A stretch of DNA of 64,000 nucleotides from Candidatus Bathyarchaeota archaeon (GCA_963775465.1 CAVZIW010000001.1:288001-352000); one strand, 5' to 3'; positions 17,419 to 28,701 are shown, counted from the stretch's first letter. The notes: a model not told the origin generated them from the sequence alone. Made by a program: numbers and translations.

Positions 17419-18183
17419 ATGGAGTTAGAATTAGGAAAAGGCGCAAATGAAAGCTATTCGGTGGATGTTGTAATTGCAGCCTTAAACGAAGAGGTAGGAA
17501 TAGGCTTAACGGTCGATGAAATGTTACAGAATATTAGACCAAAAAGAGTCTTGGTAATCGACGGCCATAGCTGTGATCGAACGGTAGAAGTTGCAAAAGA
17601 CATGGGAGCAACAATCCTATTTCAAGACGGCATCGGAAAAGGAGACGCTATAGCAAAAGCTATCAACAATCTAGATCTAGATGTCGATTACATCGTGGTA
17701 ACAGATGCAGACTACACTTATCCTGCAGAGTTTGTACCCGAAATGATTCGCATTTTAGAGCAAAATCCAAAAGTGGGAATGGTTTGTGGAAACAGGTTTA
17801 GCCCACAGACTGAGGAAAAAATTTTTCGCGGAGTCTTCTATTTAGGCAACAAGTTGATAGCACTTTCTCACAACCTTTTAAACGGAGTCAGGTTAGAAGA
17901 TCCCTTAACTGGGTTGAGAGTGATCCGTTCAAGTGTTCTGCGAAATTGGAAAGTTCTGTCCAAAGGTTTTGACATTGAAGTTGAGCTAAATCAATGGGTA
18001 GAAAGGTCAGGCTATGAAATAAGAGAAATACCAATCAAGTACAGAAAAAGAATTGGTGAAAAGAAGCTAAAGATATCTGATGGAGCAACTATATTTAAAA
18101 GAATCCTGCAAAACCAAACCAGCTTGGAAGATCAAGCACACAAACCTCACTACCTTAATAAACGCGAATATTTCAATAAATAA
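17419..18183 (+). CDS. GT2 glycosyltransferase, DPM1/dolichol-phosphate glycosyltransferase-like
   Basis: VIAALNEE, DGHSCDRT, GKGDA, DADYTYP, GFDIEVE; ATG at 17419 after GGTGA is a more plausible start than 17308. Confidence 0.9.
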   Translation: MELELGKGANESYSVDVVIAALNEEVGIGLTVDEMLQNIRPKRVLVIDGHSCDRTVEVAKDMGATILFQDGIGKGDAIAKAINNLDLDVDYIVVTDADYTYPAEFVPEMIRILEQNPKVGMVCGNRFSPQTEEKIFRGVFYLGNKLIALSHNLLNGVRLEDPLTGLRVIRSSVLRNWKVLSKGFDIEVELNQWVERSGYEIREIPIKYRKRIGEKKLKISDGATIFKRILQNQTSLEDQAHKPHYLNKREYFNK

Positions 18184-18390
18184 AACTATGGAACTTAATT
18201 TTAGACCTTAACCATATTATTTTGCCAATTTTTCAATAGATTTAACATTACAAAGAGAGATTTACTTTTGTTTGGTCTATTCTATCCATGCTTTCAACAA
18301 CGCTAAAGGAGAATATTGTAGGACTGCTGATAAAGCCTCGCAGACACTAAAGAGATACCTTTAATTTTTTCACAAAGGAAAAAAAACAAA

Positions 18391-19092
18391 TCAATTTTTC
18401 TTTTTTAAGAAGTCCTTTTCACCATTGAACCACTTAACTAAATCAAGATATTTTCCGTATTTTCGATTGCGAGTTAAGTCAGAGACAGACGGCTCTCCAT
18501 AATAATCTTCAACGAAAACCACCCATTTATAGTTGGTTCTTGGCTTAGAGGAAAAAAAAATTTTATTTTCAAATGGTAGCTTATCGTATCTCTCAAGCAG
18601 ATCCTCCCGAAATTCCTCTGGCTCCGTATCTGAAAAAAGGATGAACAAATTATTGTAATTTATGCGTAATAGACGGCGATTCCATTGTTCAAGTGCTTCG
18701 GCCTCATTAATGTAATGCAAGAAATGAACCTCAACATCACCTCCTAAAATACCGATAGGATAATTTCGCTTGAGAGCCGTTTGGATCTTTTGAACGGATA
18801 TATGTGTAGATACGGTTGTAAATTTAAGAGGTTGCTTGAGGTACCATTCGAGGTTTTCTAAAAACTTTATGTACTCTTCTGGGAAGAAGAAGACACCTAT
18901 TGTTGGAGAAGAGAACTGCAAACCAAACTTGTGATACATGCCAATCAAATAACAATTATTGCCGATAATTGAAAAATTTGTGTTTTTAAGTTTTGATCGC
19001 TCAAATCTAGAAAACAATCGGTCTGTAATCTGCCATTTAATTAATTCCAGAATTTTGTCGCTTTCTCTTTTAATAAACGCTTTGATTGATAT
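18391..19092 (-). CDS. DUF1919 exopolysaccharide-biosynthesis family protein
   Basis: FSIIGNNC, SSPTIG, YPIGIL..DVEVHFLHY, W.RR..RIN; frame is open to an ATA at 19092 directly after GAGGG. Confidence 0.85.
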   Translation of the reverse strand: MSIKAFIKRESDKILELIKWQITDRLFSRFERSKLKNTNFSIIGNNCYLIGMYHKFGLQFSSPTIGVFFFPEEYIKFLENLEWYLKQPLKFTTVSTHISVQKIQTALKRNYPIGILGGDVEVHFLHYINEAEALEQWNRRLLRINYNNLFILFSDTEPEEFREDLLERYDKLPFENKIFFSSKPRTNYKWVVFVEDYYGEPSVSDLTRNRKYGKYLDLVKWFNGEKDFLKKKN

Positions 19093-19467
19093 TTTCCCTC
19101 AGAGGAATTTTTGGAGAAATAATAACTGTTAATCCTACTATCCCTTTGATAAAGTTTATCATGATCGCAGTCAGATCGAAGAGCACTCTAGAAATAGATA
19201 CTTGTATACACTCATAATCACATCAAACCACAAAAGCAGCAAGTCGAAAAACAAGCTCTCAAACTGATCAATTTTGTATTAAGGTGTTATAAATGTGCTT
19301 TTAGCTGATGGAAACTGTAGACAACTATTTAGCAGGTTTGGCAGTGGAGTTGAAAACTTTACTAGATATCTTTCGTTTCTCGAGTTACGTTTTGCTGTTT
19401 CAGCGCAAACAACTGATGTATTAGATTTGGATTAAAAAACTACTTGTTGCTTATTTTTATTTTTTAG

Positions 19468-22400
19468 TTACGCATTTTCAGGTTTTCGTTTTAATCGCCT
19501 GACTGCTATTACTGCGTAGATTAGAATGATTTCAGGGATAGCTATGCCAACGGCAAGAACTGGACCAAAGGTTATTGATTGGATTTGAGGTCCTGCAAAT
19601 TGTATTTTCATCTCGTGTGCACTAAAGTCTGTTGTGAACCAAACGTAGAAGGAGTTGGCATCTTGTGTATATCCTTGATTTGTACCCCTTAGACCATCCA
19701 CAAACAGAACAGGGATTGTTCCAAAAGGTATAGCGTTTTTTGGTATAGTCATATTGCAATAGCCCGAGTTGCCGTTTTCACCCGTTAATTTAAAAGATAT
19801 TGTAGTTGTGGCGGAATTATTTGTCGTTATAGCTACACTAGATATCTGCGAGTTTGTTATGTTTCCAACCATTGAAATATAAACTTGTGAGCCGCTCTCG
19901 GTCGTTGCAAATACGTTTGTTTTTAATTGATTGGGCGTAGGTGATGGGGCTGGAGAAGGAGTGATTGAAGGGTTAGATGTCCCCGTGGGAGTTGGTTTTA
20001 CTGTAGGAGAAGCAGTTTGGCCAGGAGAAGGGGTTGATGCAAGCGATACTGTAAAAGAATTACTAACGCCATTTATACCATTATCTGCAGCTGTAATTTG
20101 GGCGTTTGAATTTGCGACTGCCACTATCACTGAAGTTGTGCCTATTCCGTTAACAAACGGATTCATGCTGGTTGGACTAATTGTTCCAGCGGAGTATGTC
20201 AAAGAAGGCGTTCCAACATAATTTGTAACAGTGTTATTGTAGACGTCTTGAGCTGTAACTGTAATGTTAAAGGCAGAGCCAACTGTCTGACCACTGATAT
20301 CACTAATAGCAAAATGGTCAAGAGCACTAGGATTAACTGTGAATGTGCCGCTTGTTCCCGACATTCCGGAGCCAGAAGTTATAAGCCAAATTCCTGAACC
20401 AGCACCGGTTACGGTCACTGAACCGGTCCAAACACCGTTTACGAAGCTGCCAGTTGTAGCTGGACTAATAGTTCCAGTTGAAACATTCAAAATGTTAGTT
20501 CCACTATAGTTCGTAAGCGTATTATTAAATGGGTTTTTTGCTGTAATTGTAATGTTAAAAGGTGTACCTGCGGTCTGAACGCCAACAGAACTGAAAATAA
20601 AATGATCAAGCGGAGCAACATTCACTGCGACAGAAACAGCAGAAGAATTCACTGCTGCACCAGCAGTATCTGTTACTTGAAGAATGAAACTCCAAATACC
20701 AGTGGCTGTAGCACCTGAAGTAATAAAATTAAAACTTGCTGAGTTTGAGCCCACCGCAGCGTAGTTTCCATTAGAGAACTCTTTGGAACCATTGATACGA
20801 ATAAGGTGAGGTGCCTGTAGTAACATTTGTTGAGGTCAAATTGCTGCTTTGACCCTGATTTATCGTGCTTGCTGAAGCAGATATAGTCGGCGCAACCAAA
20901 GCAGGATTCGACGTAACAGATACAGCGTTTGAAGCGCACAGTTATCGGAGTCGAAGCACTATCAGTCACATTAGCAGTAAATCGAATGCGAAGCCCCAGA
21001 GCAGCGTTATAGATTATAAGCCGAAGTCGTCTGACCTGAAACTGCAGAATCATCCAAATACCACTGATAACTAAGGGCACCTGAACCACCAACAACCGTA
21101 GCATTAAACATCTGAATCTGGCCAACATCCATCTTCGAAGCAGCAGCGGGCGCCACACTAACATTTGGGGAGGCATTAACTGTAACAGATGCAGCAGTGG
21201 ATTGAGCAGAAGTCGTACCTAAACTATCAGTAACCGTCACAGTAATCAAGTAAGAACCCGCAGAAACAGCAGAAAAACTAAACGTAGAAGTTGTCTGACC
21301 ACTCTGAAGTGCCCCATTCACATACCACCTGTAAGAAGAATAAAAACCTGACCCACCAGATGCATTAGCCGTAAAAGTCTTAGACGGTTGACCAACATCC
21401 ATAACCCAAGAAGCAGGCAACACAACCACAGTCGGAACTGCTGCATTAACAGTAACCGTCACTGGGTTAGAAGTCTTCATGACCGAAACGGCGTCAGTAA
21501 CCTGAAGTTCAAAACTCCAGCCACCAGTAGATGTTGAAATCGAAGTAACAAAAGAATAGCTAGATGAAGTCGCACCACTAATCGTCGAGTAGGAACCCGC
21601 ATTAGGAGCCTTTGAAAACCACTGATACGTATAAGGAGAAGTACCCGTAGAAACATTAGTAGAAAACAAATTACTAGTTCTGACCCTGGGTAATCGGGGA
21701 GGGAAAAGCAGACACAGTCGGAGCAACCAAAGCAGGATTCACCGTAACAGACACAGAGTTTGAGCGCACAGTTATCGGAGTCGAAGCACTATCAGTCACA
21801 TTAACATAAATCGAATGCGAAGACCCCAGAGCAGCGTTATAATAATAAGCCGAAGTCGTCTGACCTGAAACTGCAGAACCATCCAAATACCACTGATAAC
21901 TAAGGGCACCTGAACCACCAACAACCGTAGCATTAAACATCTGAATCTGGCCAACATCCATCTTCAAAGCAGCAGCAGGCGCCACACTAACATTTGGGAA
22001 GGCATTAACAGTAACAGATGCAGCAGTGGATTGAGCAGAAGTCGTACCTAAACTATCAGTAACCGTCACAGTAATCAAGTAAGAACCCGCAGAAACAGCA
22101 GAAAAACTAAACGTAGAAGTTGTCTGACCACTCTGAAGTGCCCCATTCACATACCACCTGTAAGAAGAATAAAAACCTGACCCACCAGATGCATTAGCCG
22201 TAAAAGTCTTAGACGGTTGACCAACATCCATAACCCAAGAAGCAGGCAACACAACCACAACCAGAGGAGCTTGTACTGTAAAAGCAGCAAGACCTATATT
22301 GTTGTTGAGGTCTGTTGCAGAAATAGAGTGACTCCCAACCGCCGCAACCGGAATGGTGATGTTAGCAACAAAAGAGCCAAAAATATCAGCAGTCACTTGA

Positions 22401-22624
22401 CTCGGTGTAGTAGTCAGTGTTGTGCCATCAAATTTTATTGTTATTGATGATCCGGAAGCAAAACCGCTCAAGAAGGCAGCTGAAACGGTAACTGTGTCAC
22501 CAACATAACCAAAATTTGTACTTAGACTTATGGTCGCAGTGGCAGCCTTTGCTGGCATAGTCACGAATACTCCTATTGACAGCAAAACAAGAATTACACT
22601 CAGCAGGATTGATAATTTCTTCAT
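19468..22624 (-). CDS. Large anchored surface protein with IPT/PKD/Ig-like repeats, broken by several frameshifts
   Basis: Signal peptide at 22624; SGGSG..SYxWY repeats; PT linker, C-terminal TM and basic tail at 19468; four track ORFs join across shifts at ~21678 and ~21010-20820. Confidence 0.8.
20870..22260. repeat. Near-identical intragenic direct repeat, ~420-bp clean core with 829-bp offset
   Basis: ~21015-21430 matches ~21844-22259; similarity continues with indels over ~20870-21010 versus ~21705-21840. Confidence 0.9.
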
Positions 22625-22853
22625 TTTTAATCATTCTAGTTTTTCTATTTCAGATACATTTTGAATATTTATCTATAATTTGGAGCTATTATAGTCTTTA
22701 ACCTTTCCTTACTTGCCCTTTTGGATTAGACTAATTAGATGTTGGAGAACTATTAAACTAAATATATATGTGTGTCTAAAAAACTAAGTCATTTAATGAA
22801 TAAATCGACGCAACTTATAAAAATTGAGGTTAAAAGTTTTTTCTATAATCTTA

Positions 22854-23075
22854 TTAAGGTGGAGAGCTGAAGATTATGTTGAATATCGTTATTGCGACAG
22901 TCACTAAGAACATTACGCCGGTTACTATTGCTAAGTCGCGAAGTTTCTTAATATCTGATACCGATGTTTTTTCGCCAAATAAGTGAGGCACAATTTCAGC
23001 GGAAACAAGAAGAAGAATCGCACTAATAGCTAGCAGAAAACTCAAGTCTTCGATACTTAACGGAGGAAATATCAT
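22854..23075 (-). CDS. Small two-TM membrane protein
   Basis: 73 aa, two hydrophobic helices, starts immediately after the upstream stop with GGAAG upstream. Confidence 0.8.
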   Translation of the reverse strand: MIFPPLSIEDLSFLLAISAILLLVSAEIVPHLFGEKTSVSDIKKLRDLAIVTGVMFLVTVAITIFNIIFSSPP

Positions 23076-23865
23076 TTAGACTTCTTCCATACGATACTGT
23101 ATAACGAAGGTTTTGGCATCGGAGTCTAATGTATGCTTTTGGATTGTTACGGGTTGATCTGAAGATTTTGCCAAAGCACAAGCGAAAGCGCTTGCTAAAA
23201 TACATCCAACTTGGTCGTGTGTTCGGGGTTGACTAATTCTCGTTTCGTCACAAAGTGTGTTAAAAATGCTGCCAGTTATTTCCATGGTTATTGTTCTATC
23301 CTGGATTTTAACTTAGTGCATCTTCTGCAATTTTTAGATCGAGGAATAGTTTCTTAACCAAACTCTGAAGTTGAGGCAGAGAAATTTTTCTGAAAGACAA
23401 GCCGATTTCGTCTTCAAACATTTCGCAAAGGGCAAGTCCAGGAGGAGTGAAAAACAAACCGGTTTTTGCATCGTTGACCATTTTTGCGGCTGTTTCGCGA
23501 GATGTAGGCAGAGCAGCCCCAGCTTTTTCAGGTACGAAGACGAGACTTGATTCGAAGTTCCGAAGATTTTGAGGAGGCAAGTATATTCCTTTTTCAGTCA
23601 AATTATACTCTATAAGAGCTCGTTCAATATTGGTTCCGCTTGAATTTGCGGCAGCCTTAAGCAACGAAAGAAAGGTACGTTTCGTTGGTGTAAAAAAGAG
23701 AAGTAACATACTCCAGAAAGCTATAGAAACGCCTAGAATAGCCAGAAAGGATGAATCATTAAAAGCTGAGAGCACAACCATTATTACTCCAGTAATCAGA
23801 GCCAGACCTATCATGACGACTGTGATTATGTCTTGATTGACGTTCTTTTTCTTAGTTTTGAGCAT
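23076..23865 (-). CDS. Two-TM protein with C-terminal V4R-like Cys domain, split by a +1 frameshift at ~23314
   Basis: Track ORFs 23308-23865 and 23076-23285 join via QVKIQDRTITMEITG; LC...HDQVGC.LASAFAC pattern. Confidence 0.7.
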
Positions 23866-24341
23866 TCAGTAACCTTTAGTGCTAGTTTAATTAATATCTT
23901 ATTCTAAAGAATGATAGTTATTAGAATAGGAATTGACGGCTTTTAACTCGTCAAAACAGAGGTAGATTTCTTAAACTTTCAATGATCAAGCGATTCGTCT
24001 CTAATTGGTTTTGTGATTCGATTTTCATTAAGCAGCTTCAAAAACAGCAGCCTTATCGTACAAAAGCTTAGTTATCACTATTCCCGTAGATGCAATGGCA
24101 AGAGTATGTAAAGATTATACAAAGGCCGATTTCAGCATCAGTACGGAAACAAATCTTGAATCTTTCAGATACCGCTCTCGGTTGGCATAATATTTTCTAG
24201 TAACGAACTGTTTCTATCAAGATATATCCCGAATTTGTTTGGCTTCAGAAAAATTTCTCAATTACAGGAAAATACAAAATACGAATAATCTATTGATTCA
24301 TCATGTAAATAATATGCAATAAAAAAAGGAAAAGAGCTGGT

Positions 24342-26519
24342 TTACTTGCCCAGCTTTGGCTTTTTTATTATTAGATACACCACTATCACAACTATAATTA
24401 TGGCGATTACAATTGCTATTCCAATTAAAGCCTCTGCAGATAACCCTTCGTTAGTTGGTTCTGGTGTTGGCGAAGATGTTGCTGTAGTCGATGGTGTAGG
24501 TGAAGCTGTTGCTGTTGACGAGGGAGTTGCTGTTGGTGTTGCTATGGGAGTGGGTGTAGGTGTAGGAGTTGATGATACAGGGGGGTTGGTCCAAGTTACG
24601 CTTACTGTGTTGGCTGTAAAAGTAACGAGTTCTCCAGTAACAACATCGTACAAAGATGAAACTCCATATGTGCGTTGGACAGCTGCGCTTTCTGTGTCTT
24701 GGAAGCTGGCTACCGCGTTCTCCTGGAACAAAGATCCTCCTTTAGTTACATTAGCTAAGTAATTGCTGAAAGGCAAACCATTCTTCATAACACTCAGGCT
24801 TATAGTTACTGTATTTAGTCTAAGAAGGCTAGAGGGACTTGCAGATAAAGTGACCTGATATGTGCTTGCAGCCCAAACTACGTTCAGTGTATTAGTCGAA
24901 AAAGTAACGTTCTCACCGGTAACCGCATCATACAAAGACGAAACATTATACGCATGTGTAACAGCATGAAGGTCCATATCAGTAAAGCTTGCTGTCCGGT
25001 TATTTAGGAACAATGATCCATCCTTAGATACGTTAGCTAAGTAATTGCTGAAAGGCAAACCATTCTTCATAACACTCAAAGTAACGTTCACTGTATCTTC
25101 TTGAGTTAGACCAGTCTGATTAGCCGACAAAGTAACACCGTAAACACTTGCAGCCCAAACTACGTTCAGTGTATTAGTCGAAAAAGTAACGTTCTCACCG
25201 GTAACCGCATCATACAAAGACGAAACATTATACGCATGTGTAACAGCATGAAGGTCCATATCAGTAAAGCTTGCTGTCCGGTTATTTAGGAACAATGATC
25301 CATCCTTAGATACGTTAGCTAAGTAATTGCTGAAAGGCAAACCATTCTTCATAACACTCAAAGTAACGTTCACTGTATCTTCTTGAGTTAGACCAGTCTG
25401 ATTAGCCGACAAAGTAACACCGTAATTACTCAATGCGAAATCGACTTGGTTTCCAGCTGCCCAGTTATTTGAAGTGTCATTTGCATAAAATCTTGCAGAG
25501 ACTATAGTTCCAGGAGTGTTATTCCAGTTGCCCATTAACGTTGCTGTGTAGTTTGTGCTTCCTTGTGCATCTATGGCTGTTTGGTTGACCCAGGTGCCTG
25601 TATTATTCCAGCTTGGGATGATGTAGTCAATTCCAAAATCGTCAGTTATCGAGCTGCTTAGTGTAACAGGTGCGCCAATGGATTGTGAAGTTGCAGTTAT
25701 TGGTCCAATTGCTGGGGCTGTGAAATCTCTTGGTCCTATCCTGGAAGAATCTGAGACTATTACGCTATCAGAGTATATGTGAGTTGGAGCGGGATAGCTT
25801 GTTCCAAATATATATCCGCCAAAAAATACGGCGCCTATAGGATTTGCATCATTCACAAGATTTGGGAGGTCTATGGTTGGTGAAGACTGGGTAATATTAG
25901 TTAAGTCTTCAGCTATCCAAACGGATACCTGCCCGGTGCCTGAGCCTGATTTAACCATAATTTCGATATAATACCAAGTATCAGTTTTTATGTTAGCTGG
26001 AGATGAGTATGCAATTTCATCGCTTCCATTATAGTATTTAACCCTCCAAAGGTAATTTGACGAATCACTCCGTATTCCTATTGTTCCTAAATGATGCCCT
26101 GAACCGATAACATCCATTATACCGAAAAGGTCAGTTTCAGTTCCAGCCGGCGGCAAATCAGAGACTCTTATGTATTCTCTATGATAAATTGTAGTCGGAA
26201 GAGGTGAAGTTAAATTTGTATAAGCAAACGCATAAGTACCATTTGTGCCGTCCAGCGCACAATCTGCAGAGTAGTTACCTGCGAAGACGATAGAAGTGTT
26301 TGAAGTTATTTGCATTGAGCTTGGACTCCAAATTTCAGTGCCACTCCAATTTGAGAAAGTTCCTGTTTCATAGTCATCTGTGAAGACAGTAGCGGCAAAG
26401 ACTCCTTGCTGTGGTAAAAATATTAGAGTACTAGCTAAAATTGAAATAACTAGAATAATCGCGATTGTATCTTTGGTTTTCAATTTGAACACCTGATATC
26501 TTGTCATTGAATTATCCAT
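24342..26519 (-). CDS. Anchored surface glycoprotein: N-terminal beta-sandwich (lectin/lyase-like) domain, three 94-aa repeats, PT linker, TM
   Basis: Signal peptide, FTDDYETGTFSNWS, DTWYYIEI; many N-x-S/T sequons; C-terminal TM plus KKPK. Confidence 0.85.
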   Translation of the reverse strand: MDNSMTRYQVFKLKTKDTIAIILVISILASTLIFLPQQGVFAATVFTDDYETGTFSNWSGTEIWSPSSMQITSNTSIVFAGNYSADCALDGTNGTYAFAYTNLTSPLPTTIYHREYIRVSDLPPAGTETDLFGIMDVIGSGHHLGTIGIRSDSSNYLWRVKYYNGSDEIAYSSPANIKTDTWYYIEIMVKSGSGTGQVSVWIAEDLTNITQSSPTIDLPNLVNDANPIGAVFFGGYIFGTSYPAPTHIYSDSVIVSDSSRIGPRDFTAPAIGPITATSQSIGAPVTLSSSITDDFGIDYIIPSWNNTGTWVNQTAIDAQGSTNYTATLMGNWNNTPGTIVSARFYANDTSNNWAAGNQVDFALSNYGVTLSANQTGLTQEDTVNVTLSVMKNGLPFSNYLANVSKDGSLFLNNRTASFTDMDLHAVTHAYNVSSLYDAVTGENVTFSTNTLNVVWAASVYGVTLSANQTGLTQEDTVNVTLSVMKNGLPFSNYLANVSKDGSLFLNNRTASFTDMDLHAVTHAYNVSSLYDAVTGENVTFSTNTLNVVWAASTYQVTLSASPSSLLRLNTVTISLSVMKNGLPFSNYLANVTKGGSLFQENAVASFQDTESAAVQRTYGVSSLYDVVTGELVTFTANTVSVTWTNPPVSSTPTPTPTPIATPTATPSSTATASPTPSTTATSSPTPEPTNEGLSAEALIGIAIVIAIIIVVIVVYLIIKKPKLGK
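24865..25424. repeat. Two virtually identical 282-bp tandem units (94 aa), with a third diverged unit adjacent
   Basis: CTTGCAGCCCAAACTACG at 24865 and 25147; protein repeat YGVTLSANQT...VVWAAS. Confidence 0.95.
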
Positions 26520-26647
26520 ATTTAAGACTTACTCATTTGGAGTAAGCTTTCAGGCAACACCAAATATTTTGGCGAACATGATAATAGGATAGAGGTTTTC
26601 CAGCAAATTTTTCGATTAGACTTAATTCTGGCACTAAATAGAAGAAG

Positions 26648-26823
26648 ACATATCAAAGCCGGAGTCCTTGTGACCTCTCCAATCGGAGGCCGTTACCACC
26701 CACTCATAATTGGACAAGCGACTGCAACTATAGACAACTTATTTCCCGGTAGATTCAAACTTGGTGTCGGCTCTGGAGAAGCAGTAAACGAAAGCAACTT
26801 CTTTGAAAATAGATGGCCAAAAT
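26648..26823 (+). pseudogene. 176-bp exact copy of an internal segment (27897-28072) of the LLM oxidoreductase gene
   Basis: ACATATCAAAGCCGGAG...AGATGGCCAAAAT is identical at both sites; no start codon, followed by unrelated sequence. Confidence 0.9.
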
Positions 26824-26919
26824 AGGTTCAAAACGTTAGAAATCTTATTTTGAGACAAAATTGATAAAGAAGCGTTATTAATAGGTCAAGAATTGGTGTA
26901 AGACAGAAGAGACCTCGCA

Positions 26920-27552
26920 ATGGCCCATTACGATGAGAAATTCTTTGATTGGCAAAAGAAAATCGGTGAATTTGCTGCAATTGTCGACCTCTACAAGTTC
27001 AAAAGATATGTAAAATCAAGTGATAACGTGATTGATTTCGGATGTGGTGGAGGGTTTATGCTTAAAGTATTGACGTGCTCAGACAAAATAGGTGTCGAGA
27101 TCAACGATGTTGCAAGGAATTTTGCTTATAGGAATGGCATTCTAGCAGTAAAAGACTCAAGTGAAATTAAAGACGAATGGGCTGACGTTATTATTTCTGA
27201 CAACGCTTTAGAACATACCTTGTCGCCTTTTGCTGAACTAAGAAAATTATTTTCAAAACTAAAGTCTGGTGGAAGAATAGTCTTCATTGTTCCTCATGAA
27301 AAGAAAATGCCTTGGAAGCCAAACGACAAAAATCAGCACCTATACACGTGGAGCCCCATGAACATTGGAAATCTGTTCGTAACAGCAGGCTTCGAGATAG
27401 AAGAAATTAGCAATTTACCATTATGGCCCCCCATTGGAGCCAAACGCATTAGGAAATATTTGGGCTTTAAAGTTTTCTTCATAATAGGTAAAATATACAC
27501 AGCATTATCTGGGAAATGGTCTCAAATAAGAATTGTCGCCAGAAAAAGATGA
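26920..27552 (+). CDS. Class I SAM-dependent methyltransferase
   Basis: VIDFGCGGG motif I, DVIISDNALEH, LKSGG. Confidence 0.92.
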   Translation: MAHYDEKFFDWQKKIGEFAAIVDLYKFKRYVKSSDNVIDFGCGGGFMLKVLTCSDKIGVEINDVARNFAYRNGILAVKDSSEIKDEWADVIISDNALEHTLSPFAELRKLFSKLKSGGRIVFIVPHEKKMPWKPNDKNQHLYTWSPMNIGNLFVTAGFEIEEISNLPLWPPIGAKRIRKYLGFKVFFIIGKIYTALSGKWSQIRIVARKR

Positions 27553-27699
27553 CCTAAACAAAATACAAATTGTTAGGCTTAATCCGATTTTTTGGTCAAC
27601 AGCCTGTTACTTATCGCTAAAGCTAATGGCCAATGCATTAAGTTATTAATATTTACGCAATTGCATGATATGATCGTTACTGGGTTGACTTAAAGGAGT

Positions 27700-28701
27700 T
27701 GGAATAGAGTAAAGATCAGTGTTAATTTAGGAGAAGGCTACAATGACCCAATGCATTTTGTTGAATGCACAACTATTGCTGAGAGATATGGTTTTGAAAC
27801 AGTTTGGTTCGGTGATCATCTTTTACCGTGGATTCATAGTCAGAATAAATCGGCATTTGTTTGGCCCATAATATCCGTAGCGTTAGATAGAACAAAACAT
27901 ATCAAAGCCGGAGTCCTTGTGACCTCTCCAATCGGAGGCCGTTACCACCCACTCATAATTGGACAAGCGACTGCAACTATAGACAACTTATTTCCCGGTA
28001 GATTCAAACTTGGTGTCGGCTCTGGAGAAGCAGTAAACGAAAGCAACTTCTTTGAAAATAGATGGCCAAAATGGACCGAGAGAATGAACAGATTAACTGA
28101 AGCTGTCAGTCTAATGAGAACAATGTGGAAGAGCAACGAATATTTTTCACATAGAGGAGAATACTTTAAGGTAACCAACTTTTTTTTGTACACGAAACCT
28201 AAGATGGAGATTCCAATTTATTTTGCAGCTCAGGGAAAGAAATCGGGAGCATATGCAGGAACTTATGGAGATCACCTTGTCACCATTAATTCCCCTGAGA
28301 TCTGCAGAGATGTTGTTTTTCCTGTGTTTGAGAAGGCGGCAAAAGAAGCGGGAAAAGACCCATCAAAAATGGACAAGATGGTAGAAGTGCAACTTCATTT
28401 TTCTGATATGGTTTCAGGAGTAAAAGATATTATAAAGTCAGGAGAGGCAGGTTTTCTTGCAAGAGACGCCTTCAGCGAATCTGACCCAAGAAAAATACAG
28501 AACATGTCACATATGGTTAGTGACCAAAAGATTGCTGAAAACTGGTGTTTTGTCTCCTCAGCTGACGATATTATTGATTTTATTGAGAAATATCAACGAG
28601 TAGGAGCAACCCATGTCGAACTAGTCACAAACACGTTTTCTGATCGAATAGAATTTGTGGGCAAGAAAGTCTTACCGTACTTCAAAGACCAAACTCATTA
28701 A
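27700..28701 (+). CDS. LLM-class (luciferase-like) flavin/F420-dependent oxidoreductase, G6PDH(F420)-like
   Basis: GFETVWFGDHLLPW, RYHP...QATATID..FPGRF.LGVGSGEAVNE; frame is open from ~27694 and the first beta-strand (RVKISVNL) lies upstream of the track's ATG, so the start is uncertain. Confidence 0.88.
   Translation, partial: WNRVKISVNLGEGYNDPMHFVECTTIAERYGFETVWFGDHLLPWIHSQNKSAFVWPIISVALDRTKHIKAGVLVTSPIGGRYHPLIIGQATATIDNLFPGRFKLGVGSGEAVNESNFFENRWPKWTERMNRLTEAVSLMRTMWKSNEYFSHRGEYFKVTNFFLYTKPKMEIPIYFAAQGKKSGAYAGTYGDHLVTINSPEICRDVVFPVFEKAAKEAGKDPSKMDKMVEVQLHFSDMVSGVKDIIKSGEAGFLARDAFSESDPRKIQNMSHMVSDQKIAENWCFVSSADDIIDFIEKYQRVGATHVELVTNTFSDRIEFVGKKVLPYFKDQTH

Noticed and set aside
19931-24762. 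Gly/Val-rich + strand ORFs 19931-20221 and 24346-24762
   Set aside because: Antisense readings of Pro/Thr linkers.
26648-28072. 176-bp direct repeats as ends of an IS/transposon or as a DGR template/variable repeat pair
   Set aside because: No transposase, terminal inverted repeats or reverse transcriptase; the copies are identical with no adenine-specific mismatches.
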